Part shown: positions 1 through 13,593 of the stretch, piece after piece | Position numbering within the stretch: position 1 is the first letter of the stretch | Layout of the letters: every line of letters starts with the position of its first letter | DNA from: Eledone cirrhosa | Taxonomy: Eukaryota | Assembly: GCA_964016885.1 (NCBI GenBank) | Contig: OZ024743.1 | Coordinates: forward strand, 111,724,001-111,788,000 | DNA length: 64,000 bases | Direction of reading: 5' to 3' | Translations under genes and position numbers: made by a program | The notes under the pieces: model-generated | What the model was told of the DNA's origin: nothing | Seen by the model: only the letters and a program-made list of their open reading frames with translations | Databases searched by the model: none

Positions 1-408
1 AACAGACAGGCAGACTAAAAGGGATGTGAGGAAGATGTGGCTTCGGTGATTACATAGGAACACTTTCTAGAATGACGGACGGCCCGAAGATCAGATTTAA
101 AGTATTGATATTAGAGAAAACAGAAAGTACGTAAATTTGTTAATTCAGGAAACCAAAGACGCCAGAAAAAAAAGTCATAATAAAAAGAAACGATTTTTAA
201 AATACATTAGATTATTTGACAAATGCATTATTTATTTAAGGATGAAAATCATTCTAAATGCATTTATTTAAATTTCTTAATGTAAATGTTATATTTTCTG
301 AATAAAAATGTTAAATAAGTGTCACTTAAGTGTATGTGTTTGTGTTACTATTCTAGACATAGAATATGTTCGATCGTTGAAAATGTCCGTTTTACAAGCG
401 GTATATAT

Positions 409-472
<64 letters not shown>

Positions 473-623
473 TTTTATTCAAAATGTAAATAAATGAAAA
501 ATATTCTCATAATCAAAATATATATTTTATTATACATATTTCAAAGGTACATACTGTTGAGTGCTTCTAATCTATTATAATATTGTATTCGTTGAGCAAT
601 CAACGAACCATATTAATCTTTGG

Positions 624-669
<46 letters not shown>

Positions 670-1575
670 CTGTTACCACAATACTAGTTTGTATTTATTT
701 TTCTTAATTTATTCTTAAATTGAGTCTAGCAAACCGTATGATCAGGGAGAGGAAGTAGGAAAGTCTGTAGTTACTAGCAATTTTAACTCCACAGACTGGC
801 CGCGTTGGTTCCCAAACGAGAAAAATGGTAAATAATGATACATATGGGACCTGCTCCTTGTATAGGAGCAAATTTTGGAATAGAATAGAAAGAACTAGGA
901 ATAAAGTGAATAGAATAAACTCATAGTATGATAGCAATACATACCAGAGTGTAATGTTCATCGATACAACCCCTAGAGGTGAATTAGCTTACAGATTTAG
1001 AAGGGCCCTAGATAAACATAAATTCAATATTAAGATAGTAGAAAGACCAGGTACCTCCATAAAAACACTTATTAGCAATACATACCCTTTTCAAAGACCT
1101 CCCTGTATAGATACGAAATGTATAATAGAAAACATGAATGGAACAGCAACATCACAACTTACAATTAAGGACAAAATGAAAACACACACACATAGAACAA
1201 ACAACCAACCAGTAACATGTAAATAAACAAATAAATAAACAAATATAAACACACACAGACACCCGGGTGTAACACATGGGCAAACTAAGCTCACAGCACA
1301 CACAAAAACAAGATGGCGTAGGACAGAACAAAGGAGAGGCACACAAACAAATAAAATAATCCCCAGTCACTGAAGAGGTCACAGAATGTGTGACGAAAGA
1401 ACTTTGACAATATATGAACAATCGTTTGGTTGTGGAACCAACCAACCAACCAACCGGAAATTTATGAATTCCTAAATTTATAAATTTATAAATTTAATTT
1501 ATAATAAATTGAAGTGAAGCACCTGGTGCGGGTGTTTCTTATTGGCAACATGACCCTCCCAAAGCATAACAATAT
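670..1575 (+). mobile_element. Penelope-like element fragment (RT C-terminus/Cys linker, internal deletion, 3' pLTR)
   Basis: About 815-1130 translates as ...SLYRSKFWNRIERTRNK..*Y..YQSVMFIDTTPRGELAYRFR..IKIVERPGTSIKTLISNTYPFQRPPCIDTKC, resembling the PLE RT thumb/linker. 1130-1558 is shared with 15275-15698 and carries a hammerhead motif. Flanked by (TA)n on both sides. Confidence 0.7.
1366..1408 (+). ncRNA. Minimal type I hammerhead ribozyme (PLE-associated)
   Basis: GTCA-CTGAAGA-G-GTCACA-GAATG-TGTGAC-GAA-AG-AA-CT-T-TGAC: CUGANGA and GAAA core boxes, stem I GUCA/UGAC, 6-bp stem II, 2-bp stem III. Confidence 0.65.
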
Positions 1576-1860
1576 ATATATATATATATATATATATGTT
1601 CGTTTTTCCTTTTTGTTCAGTTATTTGCGACTCGGAAAAATCTTTTTCCTGGAGCTAATTTAGACTATTTTGAGTTTCTAACTCAAACATGCTTTTGATA
1701 TATAGGCCAGCAATTACCCAGCAAATATATATTTATATATATATATATATATAAAATGATTTCATTGTTGACATTTGACGCTGCAAAGTAACGAAAATAC
1801 AGTTCTTATTATGACTAAGGGTTTGTTTTTAAATGTTTCCGGGATATTAATCGTATTTCA

Positions 1861-2040
1861 GGGCGGTGGATTGGCAGTATCGGCATGTATCGCCATGCTT
1901 TGACGCATAGAGTTACGGCCATTGACATTCTGAGTTCAAATCCCGCCGAGGTTAACTTTGCCTTTCATCCTCGATGATAAAATAAAGTACCAGTAATGTA
2001 CTGAATATTTGCTGGCCTTGTGCCAATAGTAGAAACAATT
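1861..2040 (+). mobile_element. tRNA-derived SINE, family A
   Basis: Head GGGCGGTGGATTGGCAGTATCGG, B-box-like GAGTTCAAATCCC, core GCCTTTCATCC..GATAAAATAAAGTACCAG, tail CCTTGTG..AGAAACAATT; more than 10 copies in the window. Confidence 0.85.
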
Positions 2041-2912
2041 AATCGTATTTCACCACACTCTCATACCTGATAGAAATGATTGTTCTAGCAATATTTTTTT
2101 GTGATTTTGTTATATTTTATATAGTATGTGGTTTTTATTTTCATGTAATATATCGGCATTCTCTTTTAAGGAGGTGTAGTTTTAGCACCCTGAAATTGGA
2201 CGTGGTGTGACAAAAGAATAACAATTTCTTCTTTAAAACCTTAACACTTAGATATTTTAGAAATGGATATTTCTTCGTCTCAGTACAATATAAATATATA
2301 TTTTCATTAAAGCTTCTAATTTATCAGTTAAATATTATATTGAGTTTAAACCATTTGTAATATGTTTGGTTTGAAAAATATATTAGCATTACTCTGTTGG
2401 TACGAAAATACATGCTTGATCTATTAATAATAAAATAAAACATACCGCGATATTTCATGCTTCGTGTTAAATTCATAAATGATCTAGCATGCACAAAAAT
2501 GCACATACATACATATGGTATATATATATATATACACACACACGCATATATATATATATACACATACATACATGCATACATTCATACATACCTGCACACA
2601 TACATACATATAAGTATTCGTCGTGTTCTAGTCATTTTATTTTCCTTCTTCCTACGAGCAACTTAACGAACGAATCAACAAACAAACTGATAGTAAAGCA
2701 ATGAAGTTCGGTTTTCAAAGAACTGAATAACAAAGGAAAGCGAAAGCTATAAAATGCAAATGATCTTTGAAAGAATATTAATGCATTATTATTATCATCA
2801 TTTTCTTCATCATTATTATTATTGTTAGTAGAATCATCACCATCAACCCTCACCATTATCATCATCATCATTATTATTATTATTAGTATTATTAGTATTA
2901 TTAGTATTATTA

Positions 2913-2958
<46 letters not shown>

Positions 2959-3372
2959 ATTATTACGAGATATTTTTCATAGTTATTAAAGATGGTGATA
3001 AAAACAACACACAAAACAAAAAGAAAAACTGTGAAAGAAAAGTTGACGTTGATAAACATTGTTTTATATAGTGTTATAGACTATTAAGTGGTATATCATT
3101 AATTCTGATAAGAGTATGCTTAATTCATGATTGAAACTTATGCAGCAACAACGCCGCCAAATGTTTAGCTTCGTTGGGTGGGGCAAGAGGTGTATGTATT
3201 ATTGGTGCAGCGATGAAATAGTATGTCTTTCTTTCTTTTTTATTCTTAAATATAAACATATATACATATGTATGTGCGTATGTGTGTATATACGCACGTA
3301 TTTATGCATATGTATATATGTATGTATGCATATATGCATATATATATATATATATATGCATATATGTGTGTG

Positions 3373-3453
<81 letters not shown>

Positions 3454-3899
3454 GACACACAGCGGTTCATCCATCCAGGCCTTCGCACGCACCATAATCG
3501 ATATTACTTTTAATAGCCAAGAAAATATGATCAATCTCTTGAATATTCAAGAATTATTCTGAGTTAAATAAATTGGAGAAGATAATAAGGATAAAGGAGA
3601 GAATCAAAAATAAAATTGTAAATAAACAAACAAAGGCAAAATCAATGCAAAACACAAACAAAATCAGTAAAAAAAAATTATTGGCTCATAACTGAATTAG
3701 AAATTTCATAAAGGTATACATAACAGAGAGAAAAGATAGGAAAAGAATAAAAGAAGGGGTGATAAAGAGAGTGAGGCTCAGTATATAGTTTTGCATTTTT
3801 CATTGATTATTCTTCTACATTGTTATTATTAATGTTCCTTATTACAATCATTATAATCATTAGTTGTTGTTATTGCTGTTGTTGTTTTGTTGTTATTGT

Positions 3900-3971
<72 letters not shown>

Positions 3972-4160
3972 TTCATTATGGATGTTGATGTTCTTTTTAT
4001 TCCTATCATCTTCTATCCCTTCTCTCCATGGAACCAGAAGAAAAAAAAAGGGATGTTGTGGAAGGAAATAATGACTTATATTGACACAGAAAGACTCTAT
4101 CTAGTATGATTATTAAATTGGTTCAATGTTTCTCGAACTAAATGAGCTGAGGATATATAT

Positions 4161-4238
<78 letters not shown>

Positions 4239-4503
4239 TCATATATATATATATACATACATATATACACATACATATATATATATACATATATAGTATT
4301 TCCATGGAAAAGGTAAAGGAAAGAAGATATATATATATATATGTGTGTATGTGTGCGTGTATGTGTGCGCGTGTGTATTCGTGCGAATTTAATGTGAACA
4401 AATTTTTGAATTTGTAAATATATCTACATACTCGCACACATTCACATATATAAATATACATATAGCTTTATTTCATCTATCTCTCTCACTTTTTCTGTCT
4501 ACA

Positions 4504-4584
<81 letters not shown>

Positions 4585-5994
4585 TATATATATACAGTGA
4601 GAAATAGGGGGAGATCTACAAGTGCGTAAAGATAAACATAATGTTATAAGTTTATACCCTCGTCGAATCCTGCACGTACGCGTGCGGAAAGGTCTAGAAA
4701 ATATTAACTGATTGCTGTCAATTTGAACGTTTAATATTTGCTTATGTGTGTTTGGTGTTATTTGCGTGTATGTGTAAATGTGTGAATGTGTGGATGTGTG
4801 CGTACATGTATGCATGTTTGATTGTTCGTATATATATATATATATAAATATGTGTGTGTATGTGTGTGTATGTATGTATGATGTGCTTGTACCTATATAT
4901 GCATATACATGTATGTATATATGTATGTGTATTTTTATGTCCGTACGTATACAATTATTCGTATATAAATATATACATTTATATAATGTCAAAGGCTGAA
5001 TGTTCCATGCAACAATTGATCGAAGCATTATTTTTCTGCGCACACTGATTAGAAGAAACACATCAACTGGTTTCATAGCATCCTTCAAAACAAGGCATAG
5101 AGGGGCAGGTTAAAGATAAGACTTTAAATGATATTTTTTTTTTAATTATCATAAAATATACAAGCAATTTCAACTAAACTTAATAAAGGATTAAAGAATA
5201 TGTTTCAAGAGAATTATAAATATATTCCAAAATTGAATATATATATTTTTTTAATTTGATATACACAAGTAAAGAAAATTGAATTCGTTTTCGTTTTAAT
5301 CTTATAATCATTTCGGAAATGAATCCCCCTTGTCTCGGTGGCGTATGATCATTTTAATATTCAGCTGAATAGATTTAAGAGAATACGTCTCAAGGGGAAT
5401 AAATGTCGATTACTTTCATCTCGACATTATGTTAATGTTGTTAGTGGCTATGGCTGATTGGATCAATCATGTATAACGATGCCAGTGTTGGCATAAAAAG
5501 CCCACTGGAAAGACGCTACTAGATCGTTCAACTTGCTAAGAATAGAAACCGAATACCCCAGAAACAAGTCATTATCAATAAGGACGTTTTAGATGAATAA
5601 TATACAAATACGAACTTAAAAAAATAGGTCTGCTCTAAAATGTTGATCTATAGAAAGATATTTTAAATAACTTATTGACCTTCGCTGTCTAAAATATTTT
5701 GGTTCCCTTGAATACATGAATTGTTAACTCTCTTTAGAGCATCTATACGTGTTTTATCATACGTAAATAAGGGTTGGTAGCTGTGGGGCTACCGAGGATT
5801 GGACAAAGAAAAGGACAAGATTCAGATCGTTATTTGTTCATAGTCAATACAATTGTACATTTTTTGCAGGGAAACATTCTCGAAAGTCAAACATTATATA
5901 ACATAAACATTTGAAAATATATAAAATAAATAATATGAAAATCGGCATGGCAACATCTAGTTGACCATCCGAACCATTATTTATACAGTAAAAC

Positions 5995-6113
5995 GATCTG
6001 AGTTCAAATCCCGCCGAGGTTGACTTTGCCTTTCATCCTTACGGGGTCGATAAAATAAAGTACCAGTAATGCACTGAGAAATTGTTGGCCTTGTGCCTAA
6101 AGTAGAAACAATT
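5995..6113 (+). mobile_element. SINE family A, 5'-truncated
   Basis: GAGTTCAAATCCCGCCGAGGTTGACTTTGCCTTTCATCC...AGAAACAATT. Confidence 0.85.
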
Positions 6114-6200
6114 ATTTATACAGTAAAATAAAATTCTCTCAGATCGGTCCTAAAGAAATCGGAAAGTTTGGATTTATAGACTGGTAACTTCTTGTGGAGT

Positions 6201-6420
6201 GGAGGCACGTGGCTTAGTGGTAAATGTGCTGGACTTACGATCATAATGTGGTGGGTTCGATTCCTAGGATGTGTGTTGTATTCTTGAGCAAAACACTTCA
6301 TTTCATGTTGCTCCAGTATACTCAGCTGAAAATGAGTACCAGCAATAGTTGGGGTTTAACCCTGCGATGAAACCGGAATAAGCACCATCTAAATGAGCCT
6401 TCTGGCTTCAGACAGACTTT
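6201..6420 (+). mobile_element. tRNA-derived SINE, family B
   Basis: A-box TGGCTTAGTGG, B-box GGTTCGATTCC, core CTTGAGCAAAACACTT..GTTGCTCCAG..AATGAGTACC; related copy at about 11927-12125. Confidence 0.75.
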
Positions 6421-6581
6421 AGACTTTTAGAACTCCTGGTGCAGTTATTGGGGCGTTGTCATGACATACGTGTGACTTTAAATCTGGCGGAGACTATCTC
6501 CTTACTCGGTCAAAACACAGCCGTGTTTCCCAGGGGACGGAGATTGTAAGGTTGTGTGTGTGTTTGTGTGTCTATGTGTCA

Positions 6582-6644
<63 letters not shown>

Positions 6645-7529
6645 GCGTAGGAAATGAAGTAGTATAATAGTTTTGTCTATTGAAATAATTATTTCCATAG
6701 TTAGAAGAAAGAAAAAGAGAGGGAGGGAGCCATACAGATCCAGCTAGAGACAGTCAAAACTACCTTTGTTGACAAAGAAAGTCTACATAGAAGCCATACT
6801 CGTCTGTCTATTAAGAAGTCACATATTCGAAATAGTATGTGTACGGATTGGTCTGACGTATTTCATATTATGAGCTGAAAAACTTTGATCAATTAAGATT
6901 ATGCAATCTGTTAGTAGGATTCATAAAAACAAAAGAAATAACAACGAGGAATTTAAGAAATGAAACAAACATTAGTAACCATATCAGAAAGATTGTAAAA
7001 GTCGTAAAAGTAGTATCATGTGTATCAATATATGATTATCAGAACCAACAACAAATGTCTGCTTTGTTTAGTGTACGATATGAATGAAAGAAACCAGTTA
7101 ATACGTACATGGATCGAAAAAGTGTGGTCCTCTTCTTAAAGTACTTGTATCATATACGTTACCTTTAACCAACAAAGGTAATATATTAGAACATTAAGTG
7201 GTTTTGTGGCAAATATATGGGTAGCATTACCGATAAAGAAATACATACAGGTGATTGCGATAAATCCGTAATGTATATAACGTGTGGTGGGGGTGATGAG
7301 AAATCTTTCTCGGCGTAATATTTGGGCTTTCACTTGTCTGTATGCAGATAACCATATTTCAAGTTATATTAGACTTTCAATATATATATTAAAGGCTGCC
7401 TGTGTTGATTTTATAAAACATTCTCCAGCCCCACATGTATTTTAGACCCAATGTCCGTAATTTATGCTATTATATATGCAAGTCGTTGCGACTAACACAG
7501 GAATCGGTGGGATTGTAGAATCCTTAGAG

Positions 7530-7846
7530 CAGGGGAGTGCAACAGGTGGCCGGCGGGCCACAATCCGGCCCGTCAGACCAGTAAGAGTGGTCCGCGATGA
7601 CCGTTTTTTTAATTTTTACCTTTTAGGCTTATTTAGAATTTTTTTCGTAACGGTAATACAATTTTCTGTTAGTTGACCTTTACTAAAGGGCTTCACTGAT
7701 AGGGTTATGTGTGTTATAACTTTTTAGTTCCATGTTATGGAAAGAAATTGTAGGGAATCTTTGGAATAGTGCTTAATAAATATTAATGGTCCTAATAGTT
7801 GTTCCAATGTTCAAAAATGGCCCGCCAATGGAATATGTTTCACACA
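7530..7846. mobile_element. Non-autonomous hAT (Charlie-like) DNA transposon
   Basis: Left end CAGGGGAGTGCAACAGGTGGCCGGCGGGCCACAATCCGGCCC is typical of Charlie-type hAT termini. Decayed right end TGGCCCGCC..TGTTTCACACA. Flanks CCTTAGAG and CTTTATAG match 6/8, a possible 8-bp TSD. Confidence 0.6.
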
Positions 7847-7869
7847 CTTTATAGCATTGAACAAAATAA

Positions 7870-8310
7870 TATACAGTATTCTATCTCGTGTTTAGTTTGT
7901 CTCATACTATATCTTAGACAAACCCCTTTTCAGCCATAATATGTGTAAGCCTTCGTAAATTCTACCTCAGACACTTTCTTCTCTATGATTCCAACCTGAA
8001 ATGTTTACACTTGAAAATTTAACCTCGTTATAATTCCTCTTTATCAAAAGTTTATCACACAAGCTTTGTTTCCATGAATATTTCTCCATGATTAAAAAAT
8101 GCAACCCAATTTTAAAGATTTATTCAAATCAAAGAAAATAATCAATACATTCACGTTTATCAACAAAAATTCATAGAATTTTTCACAGTGCCAGAATATC
8201 TTTCTTTTATTCGTAGTATCCTTTACCTTTGATTTATTTTTTAAACTATTTTCTTCATGACATACTATGTTCTTTCCCCTTTCTGAATATATGAATGAGA
8301 ATGTCACGGA
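7870..8310 (-). pseudogene. Possible decayed Mutator-like (MULE) transposase fragment with FLYWCH-like N-terminus
   Basis: ORF 8092-8307: FIYSERGKNIVCHE...KRKIFWHCEKF resembles the SxRGK...IxWxC FLYWCH pattern; downstream NISGWNHR resembles the MULE EGWHNR motif. Confidence 0.4.
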
Positions 8311-8479
8311 TGAAAAAAGGTATTTTTAGAGACCCTTAAGGCACATTTATAGCTGAAGAAAAGAAGGCAACTGATACGTAATTGTATACTGCTTGTCAAA
8401 AAAATATTGGTTCAAATCCCGATATGACTTTTTAAGGGTAATTCTGTAAGACCTGAATTAATTTGAAGACGAGATCGAT

Positions 8480-9580
8480 CACAAGAGGGGTGTGAGTGAC
8501 ACAATATTCCAGATGCGAGACACCCAGACCCGTTGACCGGTTGACAAAGGAATGCAGTTTAGTCAAAGTGACAACCTGCAGAAAAATCGACCACATATGT
8601 TTACTGTTTAGAAATACCTGGAGAAGTTGTAACCCCCACGCATGTTTCAGCCTCATAAACCAGGGAATAATCAACCTCCGCATAATGGTTTCTGGCAGCA
8701 GATACCTCAACATGAAAGGAACATATCCCCTCATCTAGATGTTGAAGTACAGGTACTCTAATCGGGAAAGGCACTAGTGTTCGCCGGTGATAGATGAGGG
8801 ACGCGAAGCACGCGTTCAAAGCGTCAGCCCAAACTTTCAGAGATGTTTTCCTGTCGACACATTTCTGGTAGATAGAGGTTACCCAGCTCGTTTCCGCATT
8901 CCAGTTCCTATCCACCTGAAGGTGTGGCCCAAACCAGACCCAGAGAAACTTCAAACATTCTCCCGTCCACCGCTGTTAAACGGCACCAATTTGCCTCTCG
9001 AGGTGCCGAGCTCTAATGCAACCGACTTTTCCGGGTTGATATTTTCTCCCATCAACCTTTCAAATCCTCTAAGTTATTGCCAAGCACCTAGATTTCCAAG
9101 ATATTAAACACTGTCATGATGAAGCTGAACGTCTATGCCGACATAGTCCAGAAAAATCCCGGTTGGATTGAGGTGCCACAGTAATGGCTCCAGTGTCAAT
9201 AGGTACAGAAATGAAGGTAGAGGGCATTATTGACGGTCCGAGTAAGTGATACGCAACGGTTCCAAAAGGTGGCCATTAATTTTGGCCACCGAGCAGCCGC
9301 TGTCCATTGCAGCAATCCAGCCTCTGAAGACGGGACCAAAGCCAGCTGTCTTATGGAGAGCGTCGAGAGCAATGCTCGACTCAATCGAATACTTTTAATT
9401 GTTCCAAATTGATCAGATCCTCAGCGAAGCTATTTCCTACACTGTCTAGGATGTTTCGTATGAGGGGAAGTTTCTTGCGTATAGACCGGGTTGGGATTGA
9501 GCTCGTCTGTGATTCATCTATCATCCTCTCAAGGTCAAGCGCCAACCAAATTGCAAGGAACTTGACGAAAATCATAAACT
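8480..9580 (-). mobile_element. Old degenerate Tx1/L1-clade LINE fragment (RT region)
   Basis: Minus-strand peptides KFLAIWLAL, LINLEQLKVFD (compare LINLDQSKAFD) and KFLWVWFGPHLQVDRNW match ORF2 at 54566-57946. Confidence 0.75.
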
Positions 9581-10099
9581 CTGTGTTTAACAGTTATTTG
9601 CCTGAAAATGTGATGGTATTAGTGATGTTGGTGATGGTAGTGTTGGTGGTGGTAATGGTTGTGGTAGTGGTGTTTGTTTTAGCTATGCTTACGGTGCTTA
9701 CGTTGGGGTGGTGTATGGTAATGGAGGTAGACATTGACATTAATTATTTCACGCTTGTGGCTCGTGATGTTTGGATTTGTTTGCCTTTATTGTTGTTCTT
9801 GTTACTGTTACTGTCGCTGAAGCTGGTGATGTTGCTACTGTTGCTGCTGCTGTCTATTTATTCGGAATTTTGGCTCTTCCTTTCTATGGTCAACTGCCTA
9901 TTCTGGCAAGCGGAAAAAGGTTTTATTTTATCGACAGCGTAATAGTTTTAACACAAGAACATCAGGAAAACTATAACAAATAATTATAAACAACAGAATA
10001 CCCTAATAGTTGGGTGTATCACCCCAGGCGACTCAGGATCTCCATCAATCCTCAACCACTCGACGCAGCGAGAGCACACGAGGAGAGCATTCCTCTCCT

Positions 10100-11400
10100 C
10101 TTCAAGTTAACCTGCCTACAAATGCATAATCAGAATAGTTCCATTCACACGGACTATTCTCGCATCATTCACCCACCTTTTAGCTTCACCTTCATTTCCA
10201 AGTAAAACTCGAAAAGTTTGAGGGATTGTCCAAAAAGAAAAGTGTGTGTGTTTGTCTTCGTGCATTTCAACCGTTTTCGCTACGATCACCAGACAGAGAT
10301 TAACTGCCTGCACTTCTCGGTCAAAAGAAGGCAGAGACGATCTGCACTATGGACTCGATAGCTGATAACTGAATCCTGTCTACACAAGATAACAGCTGTT
10401 CGACAAAATTCCACAAATCAGTAATGCATGGACACTGGACGAGTGCGCGCAAAACGGTTTCGTTGTTCTGCACACATCTCGGAAGTGTCCGTCTGACCGC
10501 ACTTCCGTTCCTGTAGAGTTTCTCCCAAGCCGGCAGTGCCCACTGGTGTCATTGCCAAGAGCGGGATTTCTGGAAATTATACATAGTCACTGGTCGAAAG
10601 ACCTCCGGAATATATTGGTGGAGGCAATGTGATTCTGTAGCCTCAACGCAACGCATCATCAGCCACGGCATGCCCATCCCTCTGAGTAGAGGGTGTAAGC
10701 AGTAGATGGACCACCACACAAATGGAAACTTTCCTTTCCACAAAAATGCGAAAGGGCAGACAATCCAATTTGTAGAGGTCCGAACGTGGTCAAGGCACGA
10801 GGGCCAGGCGTTAGTAGATGGCGGACGCGATGTACGCGTTCGGCATCCGAGTCTGACTTTTCTGGGATAGCTTCCTCTCAGCACGTTTCTAAATGTGAGT
10901 GACATCCCGCTCGTTACCTCATCGCATTTTTTATCCACCTGAAGGGTCAGTCCAAACCAGACAACGAGCAACTTCACCGGCCCGCTCGTCCTCTGTTGAA
11001 AGGCCTCAATTTGCCTCTCTATGTGCAGAGCTGCAAACCCACCTACTTTTCCGTGTTCAGTTTTGCTCACATTACCATTTCATATTCTTCTAATAACATG
11101 CCGAGCACCTCGAGTTCCGAAGTATTCAACACCATCATAGTGAATTCGTAAGTAAATTGGCGACTCGGGTCCTGCAAGCTTTTCGTGCCGGGAATGATAT
11201 GTTCAGCTCCCAATAACTGGCTCCTAGCCTATGTCTTCTATTCAGGCCGACCATGCAGATCACAAATTTGTGATCTGAATAGGCGAGCTTTTGGAAATAT
11301 AGACAACCTATAGAATCATTATCGACTGTTACAATAAAATAAAACATCTATATATGATCTTAATCATGTAATGCTCTTGGTCCTGGTACACACTGCCGCA
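10100..11400 (-). mobile_element. Old degenerate Tx1/L1-clade LINE (EN to 3' end, internally deleted)
   Basis: Peptides AYSDHKFVICMV..GASYWELNISFPARKA, GPVKLLVVWFG..QVDKKCDEVTS and RGMGMPWLMMR match the Tx1 ORF2. Confidence 0.8.
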
Positions 11401-11419
11401 TTAGGAAAATCTTGTCAGT

Positions 11420-11760
11420 TCCTGTCTAACGTTTGGAACTGGCTGATCTGGTACTCGAGGCCTTTGCAGCTCCCGTTCTACTCTTAATTTCCTCGTCAAG
11501 TCTAACCTGAAAAACTTTAGCAGGGCTTCTCCGAAGAGGAAAGTGTTCTTTCGCCATGGCCACCAAGCAGTTAAATGCTGTCTAAAGGAAGACGGTGGTA
11601 CGGTCTTCATTATTTACTCAGCTGATAGTTGGCTCACTCACACTTATGACAGCAGGTGTTCTACGTAAACCCACAAGTCAGCAATACTAGTGATTCAACA
11701 AGTTTAATGAGCAGATCGATGCTGGATCGAGTCCATATCTGAGATAGTTGATTTCAAACC
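11420..11760 (-). mobile_element. Tx1/L1 ORF2 C-terminal fragment
   Basis: TFLFGEALLKFFRLDLTRKLRVERE matches the ORF2 C-terminus (TYLFGDALIDFFKFHLKRKIRVERE). Confidence 0.7.
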
Positions 11761-11926
11761 AATCGTATTGCGAAACGTGCTTAACAGCTTTATATTCGAT
11801 AACAATATACACATATTTAAATGAAACTTCCACTTTCTTTCTTATTATCTACTTATATACATTCTGCATGAGCATTGAGTTCTCTTATTGCTACCACTAC
11901 CGATAATTCACCAATCACATATACAT

Positions 11927-12125
11927 ATGGCTGAGTAGTTAGATAATTGGATTTGAAATCGTGAGGTTGTGAGTTCGATTCCTGGACCAGGCGATGCGTT
12001 GTGTTCTTGGGCATGACTCTTTATTTCACGTTGTTCCTTCTACCTGGAGTTGCGGCCGATAGATAGTATTAGCATTTAGAAAGACCAATGGAAACATTGT
12101 TTCCTCGGTCCGATTTGACGAAGGT
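11927..12125 (+). mobile_element. tRNA-derived SINE, family B
   Basis: TGGCTGAGTAG...GAGTTCGATTCC...CTTGGGCATGACTCTTTATTTCACGTTG; similar to 6201-6420. Confidence 0.65.
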
Positions 12126-12823
12126 TGATCGACTGTCTATATATATATATTCGATAAGTATTGTTTCATAAATATTTTTATATCCCAGGGGACTAACCAG
12201 CATTTGAACATTTTTATTTTGTTTATTCTAGTCTTTGTTTAGCAATGAAAGCACCCGGTTAGAGTGCTTCTGGCATGGTATATGTTTTCGATTTGAATCA
12301 TCACTAGCGTGTTTTCCGTGTAAATGCTTAGGGCTGACTCACCTTCTCTTTGATGTGACGTTACGAGTCTCTGAATTTGACGATTATTACTACATTCACT
12401 TGTGTCCATCAACGTTGTGTAGAAGCTTACCATACGGCTCTTTCCATTCCAGGGACGCAATCTCACGCCGAAGAGGCGATTCCTACAAACTTACGTAATT
12501 ATACTAACATTATTTAACTTATGTTCATTGTGGTTCCGTTCGGACTACCGTCGCGTTATCATAATTGTAGAAACTGGTGCATCGGTCTGGATAACTCCAA
12601 TGTCCTACCTACATGAAGTCGCCATCCTCTTGGGTTTTCATTTTCATAATACCGACTCAAGTAGATTATTGAGTGAGTGAGGAAACTAACAAATATGTGT
12701 CCATTCTACTTTAGTAATTATATATGTACATACACACACACAGTGACACGCACCCCCCCCCCCCCCCACACACACACACGCTATGTATATATATAGAGAA
12801 GTGGTTACACAACAGTTAGTTCA

Positions 12824-12873
12824 CCATACCGAGAACAATTGTTTCACCTTAGCGGATCGTCAGCTGGTAATGG
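12824..12873 (-). ncRNA. Type I hammerhead ribozyme variant in pLTR
   Basis: Minus strand CCATTACCAG-CTGACGA-T-CC-GCTAA-GG-T-GAA-ACAATTGT-T-CTCGGTATGG: core boxes, palindromic stem III, bulged stem I. Confidence 0.65.
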
Positions 12874-13593
12874 GCATGGTTATAGGAACAGGAAGGACAA
12901 CCGTACGAACGCGCATGCGCAGAAACCCGGTCACCTCACACAGGCAATACTAGAATGCGTGCGAGTGATGTAAGGGAGATAATTGCGTAAGTCCGAAAAT
13001 GTTTAGTTGAAAATAAAATTACAAGGAATCAGTCCGGAGCTTTGTAGTTATTCAATATGTGTTTGGCGACGTGTGGACAACGTGTGAAAAATTCATTTCT
13101 CGTGTTTAGGCAAACACTATTGCGTAATCTCTTTAGAATAGTTATTCGTTCGTCAATACATAAGCCACACGTCGGATTTCCCCTTGCGCATGGCTTGGAC
13201 TTAGTGATGGCTTTCCATTGGATGGATTAGTCTATACTTGAGTCCTTGAGGGACCATACGTGGCTCGCGAGTTTCGTGGATCAACGTCTGTCCGGGTACG
13301 TGAAGGTAGACTGGTGGTTCAGGAAACGTTCCTTAAATGGGCCCTCCGCCATGCGCACATATGATTTGACCTCCTGTGGTTCGTTTGGTCGGTTGGAAGT
13401 GACCACAGCTTCATATATTACAGCTGGTGTGTTGCATTGTGGTTGAATGCAACAAGCTTCAGGCTTACGGCAAGAGTACCCTGGTAGGTTTTGCTACTAG
13501 GGCCTTCATGTTCTTAGCGCAGGAGTATCCTAGTTTAACTTTGTATCGGTTAAAGATGGAGCGGTATTTATGACCTATGGCAAAGTGTCTATC

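Noticed and set aside
308-5088. ORFs with IYIYIY, poly-L, poly-I or HTHT runs
   Set aside because: Translations of (TA)n, (TTA)n and (CA)n microsatellites; no domain signal.
6201-6275. tRNA gene (A and B boxes)
   Set aside because: No clean cloverleaf or terminator; continues into a SINE body that recurs at about 11927.
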